Shown: positions 18,395-29,609, counted from the first letter of the stretch. The stretch is DNA of 64,000 nucleotides from Minisyncoccia bacterium (GCA_049997815.1 JBEKVQ010000001.1:20642-84641); one strand, 5' to 3'. Numbers and translations: made by a program. The notes: generated by a model not told the origin, from the letters alone.

Positions 18395-20505
18395 TTTTCA
18401 ACCATCAGGAGTTTTTTATCTCCGACCGGAAGATGTTCGTAGACAGCTTCGGTGATGAAGGGCATGAAGGGATGGAGCATTTTCAGGGACTCTCTGAGCG
18501 TGTAGGCGAGGATTTTCTGGGTATTGGCCTTCAATTTTTCGTCCGAACACTGTTTCTTGGATTCCTCGATATACCTATCGCAGAACTCGTGCCAGAAAAA
18601 TTCGTAGAGGTCGTGGAGAGCCGGACTAAACTCGAAGGCCGCGATGTATTTTTCGGTCTTGAACTTGGCATTTTTCAGTTCCCTCATAATTTTTTTGTCC
18701 GCGACGGTTTCCGCTCCCGGTACTTTATCCAGCTCGGTGTTTTTGAATTTAACGTCCCCCAACTGTGTTAGAACGAAACGGCTGGCGTTCCAGATCTTGT
18801 TCGCGAATTTCCGGCCGGCCATTACCGCCGCCTCGTCCCAATGAATGTCTTGTCCCGAGGCCTGCCAGATGACCGCGAACCGGGTCGCATCGGCTCCGTA
18901 ACGTTCCACATATTCCAATGGGTCAATGCCGGTACCCAAGCTTTTGGACATCCGCTTCCCCTCCTTGGCCAGTATTGTGCCGTTGATGAAGACGTCCGTG
19001 AAGGGAGCTTTCTTATGGAATTCCATACCGGAAAAAACCATCCGTGCAACCCAGAGATTCAGAATATCGCGGGCTGTGATAAGCGCACTGCCGGGGTAGT
19101 ATTTTTTAAGGTCCTCTTTGGAAAGCCCGGCGAAGGGCCATAGGGCGGATGAAAACCATGTGTCCAGAACGTCTTGGCTCCGCTCCATCCCGCATTTCTT
19201 GCAGAACGGGCAATCCCCCGGTTTCTCGAGAGACACGGCGAATTTTTCTTTGTCATTCTTGCAGAAATAGACCGGCAACTGGTGCCCCCACCAGATTTGG
19301 CGGGAGACGGACCAGTCGCGGACATTCTCGAGCCAGCTTAAATACGTCTTTTCGAAATTTTTTGGCTGAATTTTGACTTTCTTGGACTTCACGGCGGTTT
19401 TCGCGAGCACGCCCAGCTTATCCATTTTGAGGAACCACTGAATGGAGGGGATTGGTTCTATCGTCGCTCCGCAGCGATAGCATCTTGCGACCCGGTTTTG
19501 ATAAGGCTCTTCTTTTACCAAAAGCCTCATCTCTTTTAAGTCGCTTACTATTTTTTCTCTGGCTTCAACGGTTTTGAGTCCGGCGTACTTTCCCGCTACC
19601 GGCGTCATCTTGGCCCGTTCGTCTATCACCTGAATCATATCCAATTTATGCCGCTGGCCAATTTCGAAGTCCAGAATGTCGTGGGCGGGCGTCACCTTGA
19701 CCGCGCCCGTGCCGAACTTCGGGTCTATTACAGTGTCGCCAATTATCGGGATTTCCCGGTTTTGGATGGGAAGCATCACTTTTTTCCCGATGAGAGATTT
19801 GTATCTCTTGTCGGTGGGATTTACGGCGATTGCGGTGTCGCCCAGCATCGTTTCGGGGCGCGTGGTCGCGACCGTGACCTCGGGAGAGTATTTAATGTAC
19901 CAAAGTTTTGTCTCGCTACCCTCGTATTCCAATTCCAGCTCGGATAAACTCGTGCCGTCCTTAGGGCACCAGTTCACCGTGCGGAGCCCGCGGTAGAGCC
20001 ACCCCTTTTCGTAGTAATGGATGAAGGCCTTCAAAACGTCGCGGCTGTAATTCTCGTCCATCGTGAAGCGGACGCGGGACCAATCGGCCGAGACACCCAA
20101 TCTTCTCAATTGGGAAAGAATTATGTCGCCGTATTTTTTCTTCCACTCCCAGACCTTCTCTATGAACTTCTCGCGACCGAGATCCCATCTTGAAATATTT
20201 TCTTTCCGCAATTCTTTTTCCACCTTGTACTGCGTGGCGATGCCAGCATGGTCGGTTCCCGGGAGCCAGAGAGCTTTGAACCCCTTCATCCGGTGATATC
20301 TAATGAGAATATCCTGAATGGTATTATTCAGGGCGTGGCCCATATGAAGCGTGCCCGTCACATTCGGAAGAGGCATATAGACGATGTATTTTTTCTTACG
20401 ATTTTTTTGGTCAGGGAGACCATCGGGATTAAAATAGCCCGAATTGAGCCAGGTTTCGTATATCTTGTCTTCAACGAGCTTGGGGTCGTATTGGGGATTC
20501 AGCAT
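18388..20505 (-). CDS. valS: Valine--tRNA ligase (short form without the C-terminal coiled-coil arm)
   Basis: PNVTGTLHMGH, DHAGIATQ, RQIWWGH, RMSKS motifs. Confidence 0.96.
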   Translation of the reverse strand: MLNPQYDPKLVEDKIYETWLNSGYFNPDGLPDQKNRKKKYIVYMPLPNVTGTLHMGHALNNTIQDILIRYHRMKGFKALWLPGTDHAGIATQYKVEKELRKENISRWDLGREKFIEKVWEWKKKYGDIILSQLRRLGVSADWSRVRFTMDENYSRDVLKAFIHYYEKGWLYRGLRTVNWCPKDGTSLSELELEYEGSETKLWYIKYSPEVTVATTRPETMLGDTAIAVNPTDKRYKSLIGKKVMLPIQNREIPIIGDTVIDPKFGTGAVKVTPAHDILDFEIGQRHKLDMIQVIDERAKMTPVAGKYAGLKTVEAREKIVSDLKEMRLLVKEEPYQNRVARCYRCGATIEPIPSIQWFLKMDKLGVLAKTAVKSKKVKIQPKNFEKTYLSWLENVRDWSVSRQIWWGHQLPVYFCKNDKEKFAVSLEKPGDCPFCKKCGMERSQDVLDTWFSSALWPFAGLSKEDLKKYYPGSALITARDILNLWVARMVFSGMEFHKKAPFTDVFINGTILAKEGKRMSKSLGTGIDPLEYVERYGADATRFAVIWQASGQDIHWDEAAVMAGRKFANKIWNASRFVLTQLGDVKFKNTELDKVPGAETVADKKIMRELKNAKFKTEKYIAAFEFSPALHDLYEFFWHEFCDRYIEESKKQCSDEKLKANTQKILAYTLRESLKMLHPFMPFITEAVYEHLPVGDKKLLMVEKW

Positions 20506-20512
20506 GATCCAA

Positions 20513-21523
20513 TTATAAATTCAAATTCGCTTGGGCGCGAATGGCGTGCTTCTTTTTTCTCAAGCTCTGGATGTAGGCCGCGACCGCTATCATTACAGCA
20601 TTATCGGTGTTAAAACTCATCGGCGGCACGAGAAAATTCCGGCTAATCTCCCTCACTGCATTCCCGAGCGTCTCCCGCAGGAACGAATTAGCCGCGACCC
20701 CGCCAGAAAGGATTACCGACCTGGTTTCGTATTCCTTGGCCGCCCGGATGGCTTTCGCGACCAGCACATCCACGGCCGCTTTTTGGAAACTCGCAGCCAC
20801 GTCGGCTTCATTCACTCTCGGATTATCCCTCAAATAATAGAGCACCGAAGTTTTTAATCCGGAAAAGCTGAAATCGTAATTTTTGTCGTGGAGCATCGGA
20901 CGCGGAAAAACTATCGCGCCGGAATCTCCGCGGGAGGCGAGTTTTTGTATCTCCGGTCCGCCTGGATAGGGAAGACCGAGCATCTTCGCCACCTTATCGA
21001 AGGCCTCGCCCACGGCGTCGTCCCGCGTCTCACCCAATTTTTTCCATTTGGTGAGTGATTCAACTCTCAGTAGTATCGTGTGTCCACCACTAACAATGAT
21101 GGCAATGGCCGGAAATATTTTTGAAAGAGCGAGTTTATTACCCAAAAGCACGCTGTATAAATGACCTTCCAGATGATTTGCTCCGATGAGCGGTGTTTCC
21201 TTGAAAATATTTTTTTTGAGTTCTTTGGCGAACTCTACACCAGTCCAGAGAGCCGGTTCCAGTCCAGGCCCGACCGTGACGGCAAGGAGGTCGGGTTTGA
21301 TTTTCTTGTTTTCGGTGAGTTTTCCGAAAACCACCGGCAGATTTTTGATGTGTTCCCGCTTCGCGAGATTTGGCACGACGCCACCCCAGGGCCGATGAAT
21401 GGCAATTTGGGAAGAAACGATGCTCTTCAGGACCTTGAACGCCGGTTTTTTAAGCCCACCCTTTGCGTCGAGGAGCGCAAGCGCAGTTTCGTCGCAGGAG
21501 GTTTCGATGGCGAGTATCCTCAT
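20513..21523 (-). CDS. tsaD: tRNA N6-threonylcarbamoyltransferase
   Basis: IETSCDET, NHLEGH, VSGGHT, GEAFDK, TDNAVMIA motifs. Confidence 0.96.
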   Translation of the reverse strand: MRILAIETSCDETALALLDAKGGLKKPAFKVLKSIVSSQIAIHRPWGGVVPNLAKREHIKNLPVVFGKLTENKKIKPDLLAVTVGPGLEPALWTGVEFAKELKKNIFKETPLIGANHLEGHLYSVLLGNKLALSKIFPAIAIIVSGGHTILLRVESLTKWKKLGETRDDAVGEAFDKVAKMLGLPYPGGPEIQKLASRGDSGAIVFPRPMLHDKNYDFSFSGLKTSVLYYLRDNPRVNEADVAASFQKAAVDVLVAKAIRAAKEYETRSVILSGGVAANSFLRETLGNAVREISRNFLVPPMSFNTDNAVMIAVAAYIQSLRKKKHAIRAQANLNL

Positions 21524-21591
21524 TTACGGCATTTTACCCGATATCTCATCATTTTACGAGGATTAATCGATGTTTTATACTTATCATACAT

Positions 21592-21993
21592 ATGATTCAA
21601 CCATTTTTAGTTTTCGGCGATCTCGGTATCGCCATATTAAGGGTCATACTGGCCTTGATACTCATAGCGCACGGCTGGCCGAAGATAAAAGATATAAAAG
21701 GTACGGCGGCGTGGATGGGTCAGACGTTCAAGCCGGGATTTTTCTGGGCAACCGTCGTTGCGCTCACCGAATTCGTCGGCGGGATATTCCTCCTGTTCGG
21801 GTTTTTGGCTCAACTTGTTGCCCTTCTTGTTGCTGTTGAGTTTCTGGTCATCGTGTTCACGGTGAAACGCGGCAAGGGTTTCGTCGGCGGAAATGAGTTC
21901 GAACTTTTGATACTCGCCGCGGCCCTGGCGCTCTTGACCCTCGGCTCCGGCCACTACGGTCTGGACTACTACTGGGGCGTTCTGCTTTACTAG
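21592..21993 (+). CDS. DoxX family membrane protein
   Basis: LR...HGWPK, EFVGG and GSGHYGLD pattern; four TM segments. Confidence 0.85.
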   Translation: MIQPFLVFGDLGIAILRVILALILIAHGWPKIKDIKGTAAWMGQTFKPGFFWATVVALTEFVGGIFLLFGFLAQLVALLVAVEFLVIVFTVKRGKGFVGGNEFELLILAAALALLTLGSGHYGLDYYWGVLLY

Positions 21994-22002
21994 AGAGGCA
22001 CT

Positions 22003-23493
22003 ATGCCTATACGTTTTTGGGAAATAATTCCGGGCGCGCTCGCTTGGACGACGCTTTTGGGATTTCTCCTTTTATCTTGGCGCGTGCCGGAGGCGGTCGT
22101 TTATATAATCATCCTCTATGACCTCTACTGGCTTTTAAAGGTACTTTATCTTTTCTCCCATCTCCGCCCGGCGTTCGTGAGAATGCGAGATAATATGAAG
22201 GTGGATTGGCTCCAGAAATTAAAGTCGGAGAAGCCGGGTGAATGGGGAAAGATCCACCATTTGGTGATATTCCCCTTCGTCCACGAGCCACACGAGGTCC
22301 TGAGAAAGAGTTTCTCGAATCTCGCGGAATCGAATTATCCGAAGGAGAAGTTCTTTGCGGTGCTTGCGATGGAAGGAAGGAGCGGAGAAGAGAGCCGGAA
22401 GACCGCAGAGAAGATAAAAGAAGAATTTGAAGGCAAATTCAGGGGCTTCCTGATTGCCGTTCATCCGAATGGCATTCCGGGGGAGATAATTGGCAAGGGT
22501 TCAAATGAAGCGTGGGCGGCGAAGGAAGCGAAGGAAAAGATCATCGACCCGTCCGGCGTCCCCTATGAAGATATTTTGATATCGGTTTTGGATTCGGATA
22601 CCCGCACCGGTCCGGATTATTACGGGATCCTTACCCACACATTTTTAAGCGCCCCGCATCCGCACCGCTCGAGTTATCAGCCCATCCCCATTTACATGAA
22701 TAACATCCATGAGGTGCCGTTCATCGCCAGAATGATGAGTTTCTCATCTACCTTCTGGCAATTGATGCAAGAGGCTCGTCCGGAACAACTGGTGACCTTT
22801 TCCTCCCACAGCATGCCCTGGAAAGCGCTCGTCGAGGTCGGTTTTTGGGAAAAGGACCTGGTTTCGGAGGATTCGAGGATTTTTTTTCAGTGCCTCGCCC
22901 ATTACAAAGGTGATTGGCGGTGCGAACCGGTTTTTTATCCCATCTACCTTGATGCAGTTGCCGGAGAAAATTTTTGGGCGGTGGTGAAGAGTTTGTATAA
23001 GCAGCAGCGGCGTTGGGCCTGGGGGGCGGAAAATTTGGCCCGGCTGGCCAACGATTTCTCGCGCGATAAGGAAATATCCGGAAGGGTAAAAAGATTTTGG
23101 TTTCGAGTTCTCTTCGACGGTTTCTATTCCTGGTCCACAAGCTCGTTCATAATATTTTTCTTTGGCTGGCTGCCGAATGTTTTGGGAAACGAAACATTCC
23201 GCGCCTCGGTCCTCTCGTACAATTTGCCGCGGGTTACCGGTTGGATGTTGAATCTTGGTTCGGTGGGCATCTTGGCTTCCGCTTTTCTGAGCATCGTGAT
23301 ACTGAAGCCGACAATGAAGGGATTCAAAAAAAGATTCTATGTATATTACGTTCTGCAGTGGTTACTCACGCCAGCCGTTTTCATCATTTTCAGCGCCTTG
23401 CCGGCGCTGGATGCCCAAACCCGGCTGATGCTCTCAGGACGCTTACGTCTGGGTTTTTGGAACACGCCGAAACCGAAGACAGACCCCGTTTAG
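22003..23493 (+). CDS. Membrane glycosyltransferase, family 2
   Basis: GKGSN, DSD, SED and QQRRW motifs plus TM helices. Confidence 0.88.
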   Translation: MPIRFWEIIPGALAWTTLLGFLLLSWRVPEAVVYIIILYDLYWLLKVLYLFSHLRPAFVRMRDNMKVDWLQKLKSEKPGEWGKIHHLVIFPFVHEPHEVLRKSFSNLAESNYPKEKFFAVLAMEGRSGEESRKTAEKIKEEFEGKFRGFLIAVHPNGIPGEIIGKGSNEAWAAKEAKEKIIDPSGVPYEDILISVLDSDTRTGPDYYGILTHTFLSAPHPHRSSYQPIPIYMNNIHEVPFIARMMSFSSTFWQLMQEARPEQLVTFSSHSMPWKALVEVGFWEKDLVSEDSRIFFQCLAHYKGDWRCEPVFYPIYLDAVAGENFWAVVKSLYKQQRRWAWGAENLARLANDFSRDKEISGRVKRFWFRVLFDGFYSWSTSSFIIFFFGWLPNVLGNETFRASVLSYNLPRVTGWMLNLGSVGILASAFLSIVILKPTMKGFKKRFYVYYVLQWLLTPAVFIIFSALPALDAQTRLMLSGRLRLGFWNTPKPKTDPV

Positions 23494-23494
23494 C

Positions 23495-24028
23495 ATGACG
23501 GAATATCTTACCCAAGCCGTGGTTTTGGGTTACCGGCCGCAGAAAGAAAATGACCGGTTGGTGGATTTGTACACCAAGGATTTTGGGCGTTTGGAAGTAA
23601 GGGTCATCGGCGGCCGACGCATACTCTCGAAACTTTCGCCGCATTTGGATTTGTTCAATCTGGCCACGGTGCGCTTGGTCGAAAAGAAAAGCGTAACACT
23701 AACCGACGTTCTTTCCGATGATGATTTTGGGAAGGAAAGGCGGAGTCCTGATTTTTATCCCAAGTTTTTGAAAATTCTTTCGCTCGTGCGGGCGCTCACC
23801 CCCAAGGCGATGCCCGATACGCATCTCTGGCATTATCTCGTGAAAGGTCTGAAAACCGGGAATGGCGACGTCAGAACCCTACTCAAGGTTTTGGGCTATG
23901 ACCCGCAACATGCGGCCTGCGATTCCTGCAATCGGAGCCCGGTCTCGGTCTTTCGCATCAAAGACCAATCGTTTTTTTGCCGGAGCTGCAGTTTAAAAGA
24001 TTCTCCGGATGGGATAATATATTTCTAG
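23495..24028 (+). CDS. recO: DNA repair protein RecO (short form)
   Basis: ENDRLVDLYTKDFG OB fold; C-terminal CxxC...CxxC. Confidence 0.85.
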   Translation: MTEYLTQAVVLGYRPQKENDRLVDLYTKDFGRLEVRVIGGRRILSKLSPHLDLFNLATVRLVEKKSVTLTDVLSDDDFGKERRSPDFYPKFLKILSLVRALTPKAMPDTHLWHYLVKGLKTGNGDVRTLLKVLGYDPQHAACDSCNRSPVSVFRIKDQSFFCRSCSLKDSPDGIIYF

Positions 24029-24049
24029 TCGCGTTTACGGCGGCTTTTT

Positions 24050-25918
24050 ATGTCTCTCGAAAGTTTGGAAAAAAGATTGAAAAGTTCCCGGATAAAAACA
24101 TCCGGCAAAACTTCCGCTCGGAAAAAGGGGGCGGAAGAAAAGATGCCGGAACCTCTCTCGGAAAAAATTCTTGAGTTCGAAGAAGAACTCGAAGATAGCC
24201 ATCATTGGTTGAAAAGGACCCTTTTGTTTGGGAGCGGATTGGCATTTCTAATTCTCGCTCTGGGGCTTTTTTTCATCTTCTCATACAGCACGAGTTCGCG
24301 GGACGTGACGCTTGAAATATCTCCTTCGTCCGATGTCTCCCGGGGAGCGCCCTTCTCGGTCGAGGTGAGCGTTACGAATAACTCCGGCGGTCTCATTAAG
24401 GGCGGGATAATCACGCTCAACCTGCCCCAGGGTGTGATTGAGCCGGGTTCCGGGCGTGATCGCAGCGTGGTGATGGAGAACATCGGAGACCTCACGTCGG
24501 GCAACCTCGTAAAGAGGACGTACTCCCTCGTGCCGGTGGACCCAGTCGGTTCGAAAGAGACCGTAACCGCAGTCCTGTCATATGCGATATCTACGGGCGC
24601 CCGGTTTGAGGTGCGCCAAACAATGGATATAGAAGTAAAAACCGCGGCCATTGAGATGGAATTGAAACGGCCCGATCAAATATTGAGCGGCTCCACCTTC
24701 GCCGTGAAGGTCAATTACATGAATAAGAGCGATTTTAATTTTCCGGCGCTCACTCTCGAAGCCGACTATCCGAGTGCCTTCAAATTCGATTCGGCGAGCG
24801 TTCCGCCGGCTTCAATGAATAATTACTGGCAGCTCGGAGGATTGAGCGGTAATGCGAGCGGAACGGTTTCCATCTCCGGCCATCTGGACCTAAGTTCGGG
24901 CGCGAACGTCTCTTTGCCGGTCAAAATCTCCGCCAATTTCGGCGGCCAGGATTATCCCGTTGCGGATGGCGTTGTCTCTCTCACTCCCGCGTCCTCGCCC
25001 ATAACCCTCCAGGTTTTTGTTAATAACCAGAATAATTATCTAGCCAGCGCGGGGGATGTTCTGAAATACTCGATTCAGTATCAAAATTCGAGCGGTATCG
25101 CTCTGTCCGATGCGAAAATAACGGCGACCGTTGCGGGAGAAATGTTGGACTGGAGTTCACTGAAGACCGATGGGGTATTTGATCCGAACGCCCAGACAAT
25201 AAGCTGGAGCTCCGCGAATATGCCGGCTCTTAAAATGCTTGACCCGGGCGCGGGCAGTCAGGCGGATTTTCAGGTGAAATTAAAAAGCACATTTAATTTG
25301 GATCGCTTGAATGACAGGAACTTCTCCGTCCGCGTGAATGTGGTCATGAGCTCCCCGTCCGTTCCGTACTACCTTTCCTCCAAAAACACTTCGGTGCAGG
25401 CGGTTTCGGATACTAAGATATCCGGTTTGGTGATGGTTACGACGCAGGGGTATTTTGAAGAGGCAGCGAGTGGGACATCGAGTGGCGGAAGCTTGCCGCC
25501 GCAGGTAAATCACACCAACAGTTATTCCATCCACTGGCTCATTAGGAATTTTGCGACCGATTTAAACAATGTGGAGGTGAGGGCGGCGCTTGCGCCTGGC
25601 GTGAAGTGGGTGACGGCTGTGAGCGCAAATCTCGGTAACCCAGTTATTTATAACCCCGGCGATAATTCGGTTACCTGGAACATCGACCGCGTGGCGGCAA
25701 CCAAGGGAATTTTAAGCGACCCTGCTGAAGCGATTTTCCAGGTCGAAGCGACACCGGACGCATCAATGGTCGGTGCGCCCGAGCTGCTCGTTGGCACGAC
25801 TTATCTTAAGGGCACCGATAATTTTACAGGTCAGGAATTAACGAGCCAATTCGTTCCGATGACAACCAAGACGCTCAGTGGCGGAGTAGGCCAATTTGAG
25901 ACCATTGTTGTTTGGTAG
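24050..25918 (+). CDS. Membrane-anchored surface protein with repeated Ig-like (DUF11-like) domains
   Basis: One TM, then beta-rich repeats (GDVLKYSIQYQN-type). Confidence 0.75.
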   Translation: MSLESLEKRLKSSRIKTSGKTSARKKGAEEKMPEPLSEKILEFEEELEDSHHWLKRTLLFGSGLAFLILALGLFFIFSYSTSSRDVTLEISPSSDVSRGAPFSVEVSVTNNSGGLIKGGIITLNLPQGVIEPGSGRDRSVVMENIGDLTSGNLVKRTYSLVPVDPVGSKETVTAVLSYAISTGARFEVRQTMDIEVKTAAIEMELKRPDQILSGSTFAVKVNYMNKSDFNFPALTLEADYPSAFKFDSASVPPASMNNYWQLGGLSGNASGTVSISGHLDLSSGANVSLPVKISANFGGQDYPVADGVVSLTPASSPITLQVFVNNQNNYLASAGDVLKYSIQYQNSSGIALSDAKITATVAGEMLDWSSLKTDGVFDPNAQTISWSSANMPALKMLDPGAGSQADFQVKLKSTFNLDRLNDRNFSVRVNVVMSSPSVPYYLSSKNTSVQAVSDTKISGLVMVTTQGYFEEAASGTSSGGSLPPQVNHTNSYSIHWLIRNFATDLNNVEVRAALAPGVKWVTAVSANLGNPVIYNPGDNSVTWNIDRVAATKGILSDPAEAIFQVEATPDASMVGAPELLVGTTYLKGTDNFTGQELTSQFVPMTTKTLSGGVGQFETIVVW

Positions 25919-25963
25919 CCGATTTACAACTCGGAATTTACAAATTACAGTTGAAGAGTAGCT

Positions 25964-27262
25964 ATGAAAGGAAATATCTCCAAAATCGGTTTATTCGAAA
26001 AAATCGCGAGCTTGGCGAAGCGGCGCGGTTTTATCTATCCCGGCTCCGAAATTTACGGCGGCCTGGGCGGTTTTTACGATTGGGGCCATTTGGGAGTGAA
26101 GCTGAAGTGGAATATCGAATCGTCCTGGTGGCGCGAGATGGTCCAGCTTCGGGACGACGTTGTGGGAATCGATGCCGCCTTGATTATGAATCCGAAAGTT
26201 TGGGAGGCCTCGGGGCACGTTTCCGGTTTTTCCGACCCGCTTGTGGAGTGTAAGAAGTGCCATCATCGCTTCAAAGACGATCAGATTGAGGACAACAAAT
26301 GCCCCGATTGCGGAGGCGCGCTTACCGAATCCCGCCAGTTCAATATGATGTTCAAAACATTCGTTGGTCCGGCGGAAGATAGCGCTTCCGTGGCCTATCT
26401 CCGGCCCGAGACCGCCGGCGGAATTTTCGTGAATTTTAAGAACGTACTCTCGACGAACCGGCTTAAGATTCCCTTTGGTGTCGCCCAGATGGGCAAGGCC
26501 TTCCGTAACGAGATAAATCCCAGGGACTTCGTCTTTCGTACGCGCGAGTTCAAGCAGATGGAATTGGAATATTTCGTGAAGCCCGGCGAGGATGAAAAAT
26601 ATTTCGACGAGTGGGTAGAAAGACGCTTCGCTTGGTACAAATCCATCGGCCTCAAGAATGTGCGAAAACGGGAGCAAGCCAAAGAGGAGCGGGCGCATTA
26701 TTCCAAGGCGACGACGGACATCGAGTATGAATTTCCTTTCGGCTGGCAGGAGATAGAAGGAATCGCGAATCGGGGCGATTTCGACCTTAGCGCGCATACG
26801 AAAGCATCGGGCCAGGACCTTTCATATGTGGATGAGGAAACGAAGGAGCGCTTTGTTCCGTACGTGATAGAACCCTCCGCCGGAGTGGAGCGCATTGCGC
26901 TCGCGCTCCTTTGCGAAGCCTACTATGAAGAGAAGGACCGGGTGGTTTTGAAATTCAATCCCAAGATGGCACCGATAAAAGTAGCGGTTTTTCCGCTTCT
27001 CGCGAATAAGCCGGAGCTCGTGAAGCTCGCCCGTAAAATCTATGAAGAATTAAGGCGGGAGTATACGGTGGCCTGGGATGCCCGGGGAAACATCGGCAAG
27101 CGCTACTACTCGCAGGATGAGATTGGCACGCCTTTCTGCATTACGGTGGACTTCGACAGTTTGGAGAAGGACGATGTGACGGTGCGAGAGAGAGACACAA
27201 CGAAACAAGAAAGGGTGAAGATAAAAGAGCTTAAAGAATATCTAAAAGAGCGCCTCGGATGA
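25964..27262 (+). CDS. glyQS: Glycine--tRNA ligase, alpha2 type
   Basis: YLRPETA, FRNEI, FRTREF, IEPSAG, QDEIGTP motifs. Confidence 0.95.
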   Translation: MKGNISKIGLFEKIASLAKRRGFIYPGSEIYGGLGGFYDWGHLGVKLKWNIESSWWREMVQLRDDVVGIDAALIMNPKVWEASGHVSGFSDPLVECKKCHHRFKDDQIEDNKCPDCGGALTESRQFNMMFKTFVGPAEDSASVAYLRPETAGGIFVNFKNVLSTNRLKIPFGVAQMGKAFRNEINPRDFVFRTREFKQMELEYFVKPGEDEKYFDEWVERRFAWYKSIGLKNVRKREQAKEERAHYSKATTDIEYEFPFGWQEIEGIANRGDFDLSAHTKASGQDLSYVDEETKERFVPYVIEPSAGVERIALALLCEAYYEEKDRVVLKFNPKMAPIKVAVFPLLANKPELVKLARKIYEELRREYTVAWDARGNIGKRYYSQDEIGTPFCITVDFDSLEKDDVTVRERDTTKQERVKIKELKEYLKERLG

Positions 27263-27311
27263 GGCGCTTTTTTGTTGTGGTTTCAAGATAATTAAATTAT
27301 CATTTCTCTAT

Positions 27312-28580
27312 ATGATAAAAGCCGAAAAAATAAAATTAAGGAACGGACTGCGGATAATTTTGGTGCCCCAGTCGGGAAGTTTGGCGACGACCGTAATGGT
27401 ATCGGTCGAGGCCGGCTCCAAATACGAGACGAAAGAAATAAACGGTATCTCCCATTTTTTGGAACATATGTGCTTCAAGGGCACGACTAAGCGCCCCGAC
27501 CCGATAAACATCTCGGCGGAGCTGGACGGCCTGGGAGCACAGTACAACGCCTTCACTGGTCAGGAATCCACGGCCTATTACGCCAAAGCCAAGAACGAGA
27601 ACTTCAACGAAATTCTGGATGTGATGGCCGATATGTATTTGGACCCGATATTCGACGCGAAGGAGATAGAAAAAGAAAAAGGAGTCATCATCCAGGAGCT
27701 CAATATGTACGAAGACACGCCGGCGCGGCGCGTGGGCGAACTTTTCATGCGTCTCGTCTATGGTGACCAGCCGGCGGGTTGGGACGTTGGTGGCCGAAAA
27801 GAAGTGATAAGGAAGATAAAGCGGAATAATTTCATAAAATACCGGAGTAAACATTACGTGCCTCAGGCGACCATTGTTACCGTTTCGGGCGGGTTCAAAG
27901 AAAATGGTCTAGTGGAAAAGATAGGGAGGTATTTTTCCGCGTTAAAGCCGGGGCCCAAAAGCAAAAAATTGAAAGTTAGAGAAGTTCAATCCAGGCCGCG
28001 GGAGAAAATATATTTCAAGGATTCCGACCAGACGCATATGGTTATGGGTTTCCGAGCTTTCGGGGTTCACGACAAGCGGCGTTTGGCTCTTCAGGTTGCC
28101 TCGGAAGTATTGGGCGGCGGAATGAGTTCGCGTCTTTTTAGAAAGGTCCGGGATGAGCTGGGCGCGGCCTATTACGTGCGGGCGGAAGCCGACCTCTATT
28201 CTGACCACGGCCTTTTCATGATGTCAGCGGGCGTTGATCACGCCAAGATAGAGAAAGTGATAAAAGCGGGTCTCGATGAATTTACTCGCCTTCGGGACGA
28301 GCTCGTGAGCGAGAAAGAATTGAAGAAAGCCAAAGAGCACCTTATCGGCAATCTCTATCTGTCGCTTGAGACGTCGGATGAATTGGCTTATTTCTACGGC
28401 GGCCAGGAGGTGATGGGATTGAAGTTGACCTCGCCGCAGAAAATCGCGAAGCAAGTCGGCAAAATAACGGCCAATGATATAAGAAAGGTGATGCGGCAGG
28501 TGATAAAAAAAGACCGCCTGAACCTTACCATCATCGGGCCCTTCAAGAAGAAGAGTTTCCTTGATATAGTGAAGGTGTAA
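27312..28580 (+). CDS. M16 family zinc peptidase
   Basis: Inverted zinc motif HFLEH; GGGMSSRLF. Confidence 0.93.
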   Translation: MIKAEKIKLRNGLRIILVPQSGSLATTVMVSVEAGSKYETKEINGISHFLEHMCFKGTTKRPDPINISAELDGLGAQYNAFTGQESTAYYAKAKNENFNEILDVMADMYLDPIFDAKEIEKEKGVIIQELNMYEDTPARRVGELFMRLVYGDQPAGWDVGGRKEVIRKIKRNNFIKYRSKHYVPQATIVTVSGGFKENGLVEKIGRYFSALKPGPKSKKLKVREVQSRPREKIYFKDSDQTHMVMGFRAFGVHDKRRLALQVASEVLGGGMSSRLFRKVRDELGAAYYVRAEADLYSDHGLFMMSAGVDHAKIEKVIKAGLDEFTRLRDELVSEKELKKAKEHLIGNLYLSLETSDELAYFYGGQEVMGLKLTSPQKIAKQVGKITANDIRKVMRQVIKKDRLNLTIIGPFKKKSFLDIVKV

Positions 28581-28586
28581 GGAATT

Positions 28587-29609
28587 ATGGGTACCCAGAT
28601 ACAAAAAATCGAGATAACTTGGACATCCATCTGGAGGGTTTTTATTTTCTGCGCCGGCTTGGCGGCGGTATATTTTGCCTGGAATTCATTTTCCGTTCTT
28701 CTCGTGGGTGTGGTGGTCTCTCTGGGGATAGAACCACTCGTAGGATTTCTCGCGGAAAAAATGAAGCTCGGAAGGGTTTTTGCCGCTATCCTAGTCGTCC
28801 TCTTTCTTTTTTTCATCTTCGTCGGGGCGTTTTATATGATAATGCCGGTCGTCTTCGACGAACTGGCCGGGTTCCTAACCCACTTTACGCAATCCATCTC
28901 TTCCATTTTTCAGATAAGTCTACCCGCCGCCAATCTTCAAAATCTCGGATTGGACCAGATCTTGAGTTTTGTGGCGGGTGCGGGTACCTCGGTGCCAGGC
29001 GCGATTTCCCAGATCTTCGGGAACATCGTTTTGATTTTTTCGGCCATCATTATAACCCTGTATCTAGGCACCGAAAAAGAAGGGGCATGGAAGATGCTCG
29101 GGGTTATCTTGCCCGAAAGCTACGAGCGGCCGGTGTCGGCTATTTTCACCGCTTTTGAAACGAAGATGCGCCGCTGGCTGGGCGCCCAGTTGATCATCAG
29201 TTTATCCATCGGATTGATGGTCGGAATCGGAATGTGGCTTATAGGTGTGCGTTATGCCCTCATTCTGGGGGTCATTGCCGCAATTTTTGAGATCGTTCCG
29301 ATTATCGGTCCCGTGATGACTGGAATCGTGGCATTTTTGGTCGCAATGGCCGATTCGACGATGCTCGCGGTTTACGCCGTGATTTTCTTTTTCGTAATCC
29401 AGCAGTTCGAGGGTTATGTTTTGATACCGCTCGTGATAGGAAAAAGCATGCGGGTTCACCCCGTAATCGCCGTGGTTTCTCTTTTGGTTGGCGGTCAGTT
29501 GGCGGGTTTCGTGGGAATAATTTTGGGTGTACCGATCGCGGTTTTAGTCCAAGAGGTATTCAATTATCTGGCGGAAAGGAGAAAGCGCCGTCCGGGTTTG
29601 AACATGTGA
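28587..29609 (+). CDS. AI-2E (PerM) family transporter
   Basis: Multiple TM segments; VPIIGP, QQFEG, HPV...GIILGVP. Confidence 0.9.
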   Translation: MGTQIQKIEITWTSIWRVFIFCAGLAAVYFAWNSFSVLLVGVVVSLGIEPLVGFLAEKMKLGRVFAAILVVLFLFFIFVGAFYMIMPVVFDELAGFLTHFTQSISSIFQISLPAANLQNLGLDQILSFVAGAGTSVPGAISQIFGNIVLIFSAIIITLYLGTEKEGAWKMLGVILPESYERPVSAIFTAFETKMRRWLGAQLIISLSIGLMVGIGMWLIGVRYALILGVIAAIFEIVPIIGPVMTGIVAFLVAMADSTMLAVYAVIFFFVIQQFEGYVLIPLVIGKSMRVHPVIAVVSLLVGGQLAGFVGIILGVPIAVLVQEVFNYLAERRKRRPGLNM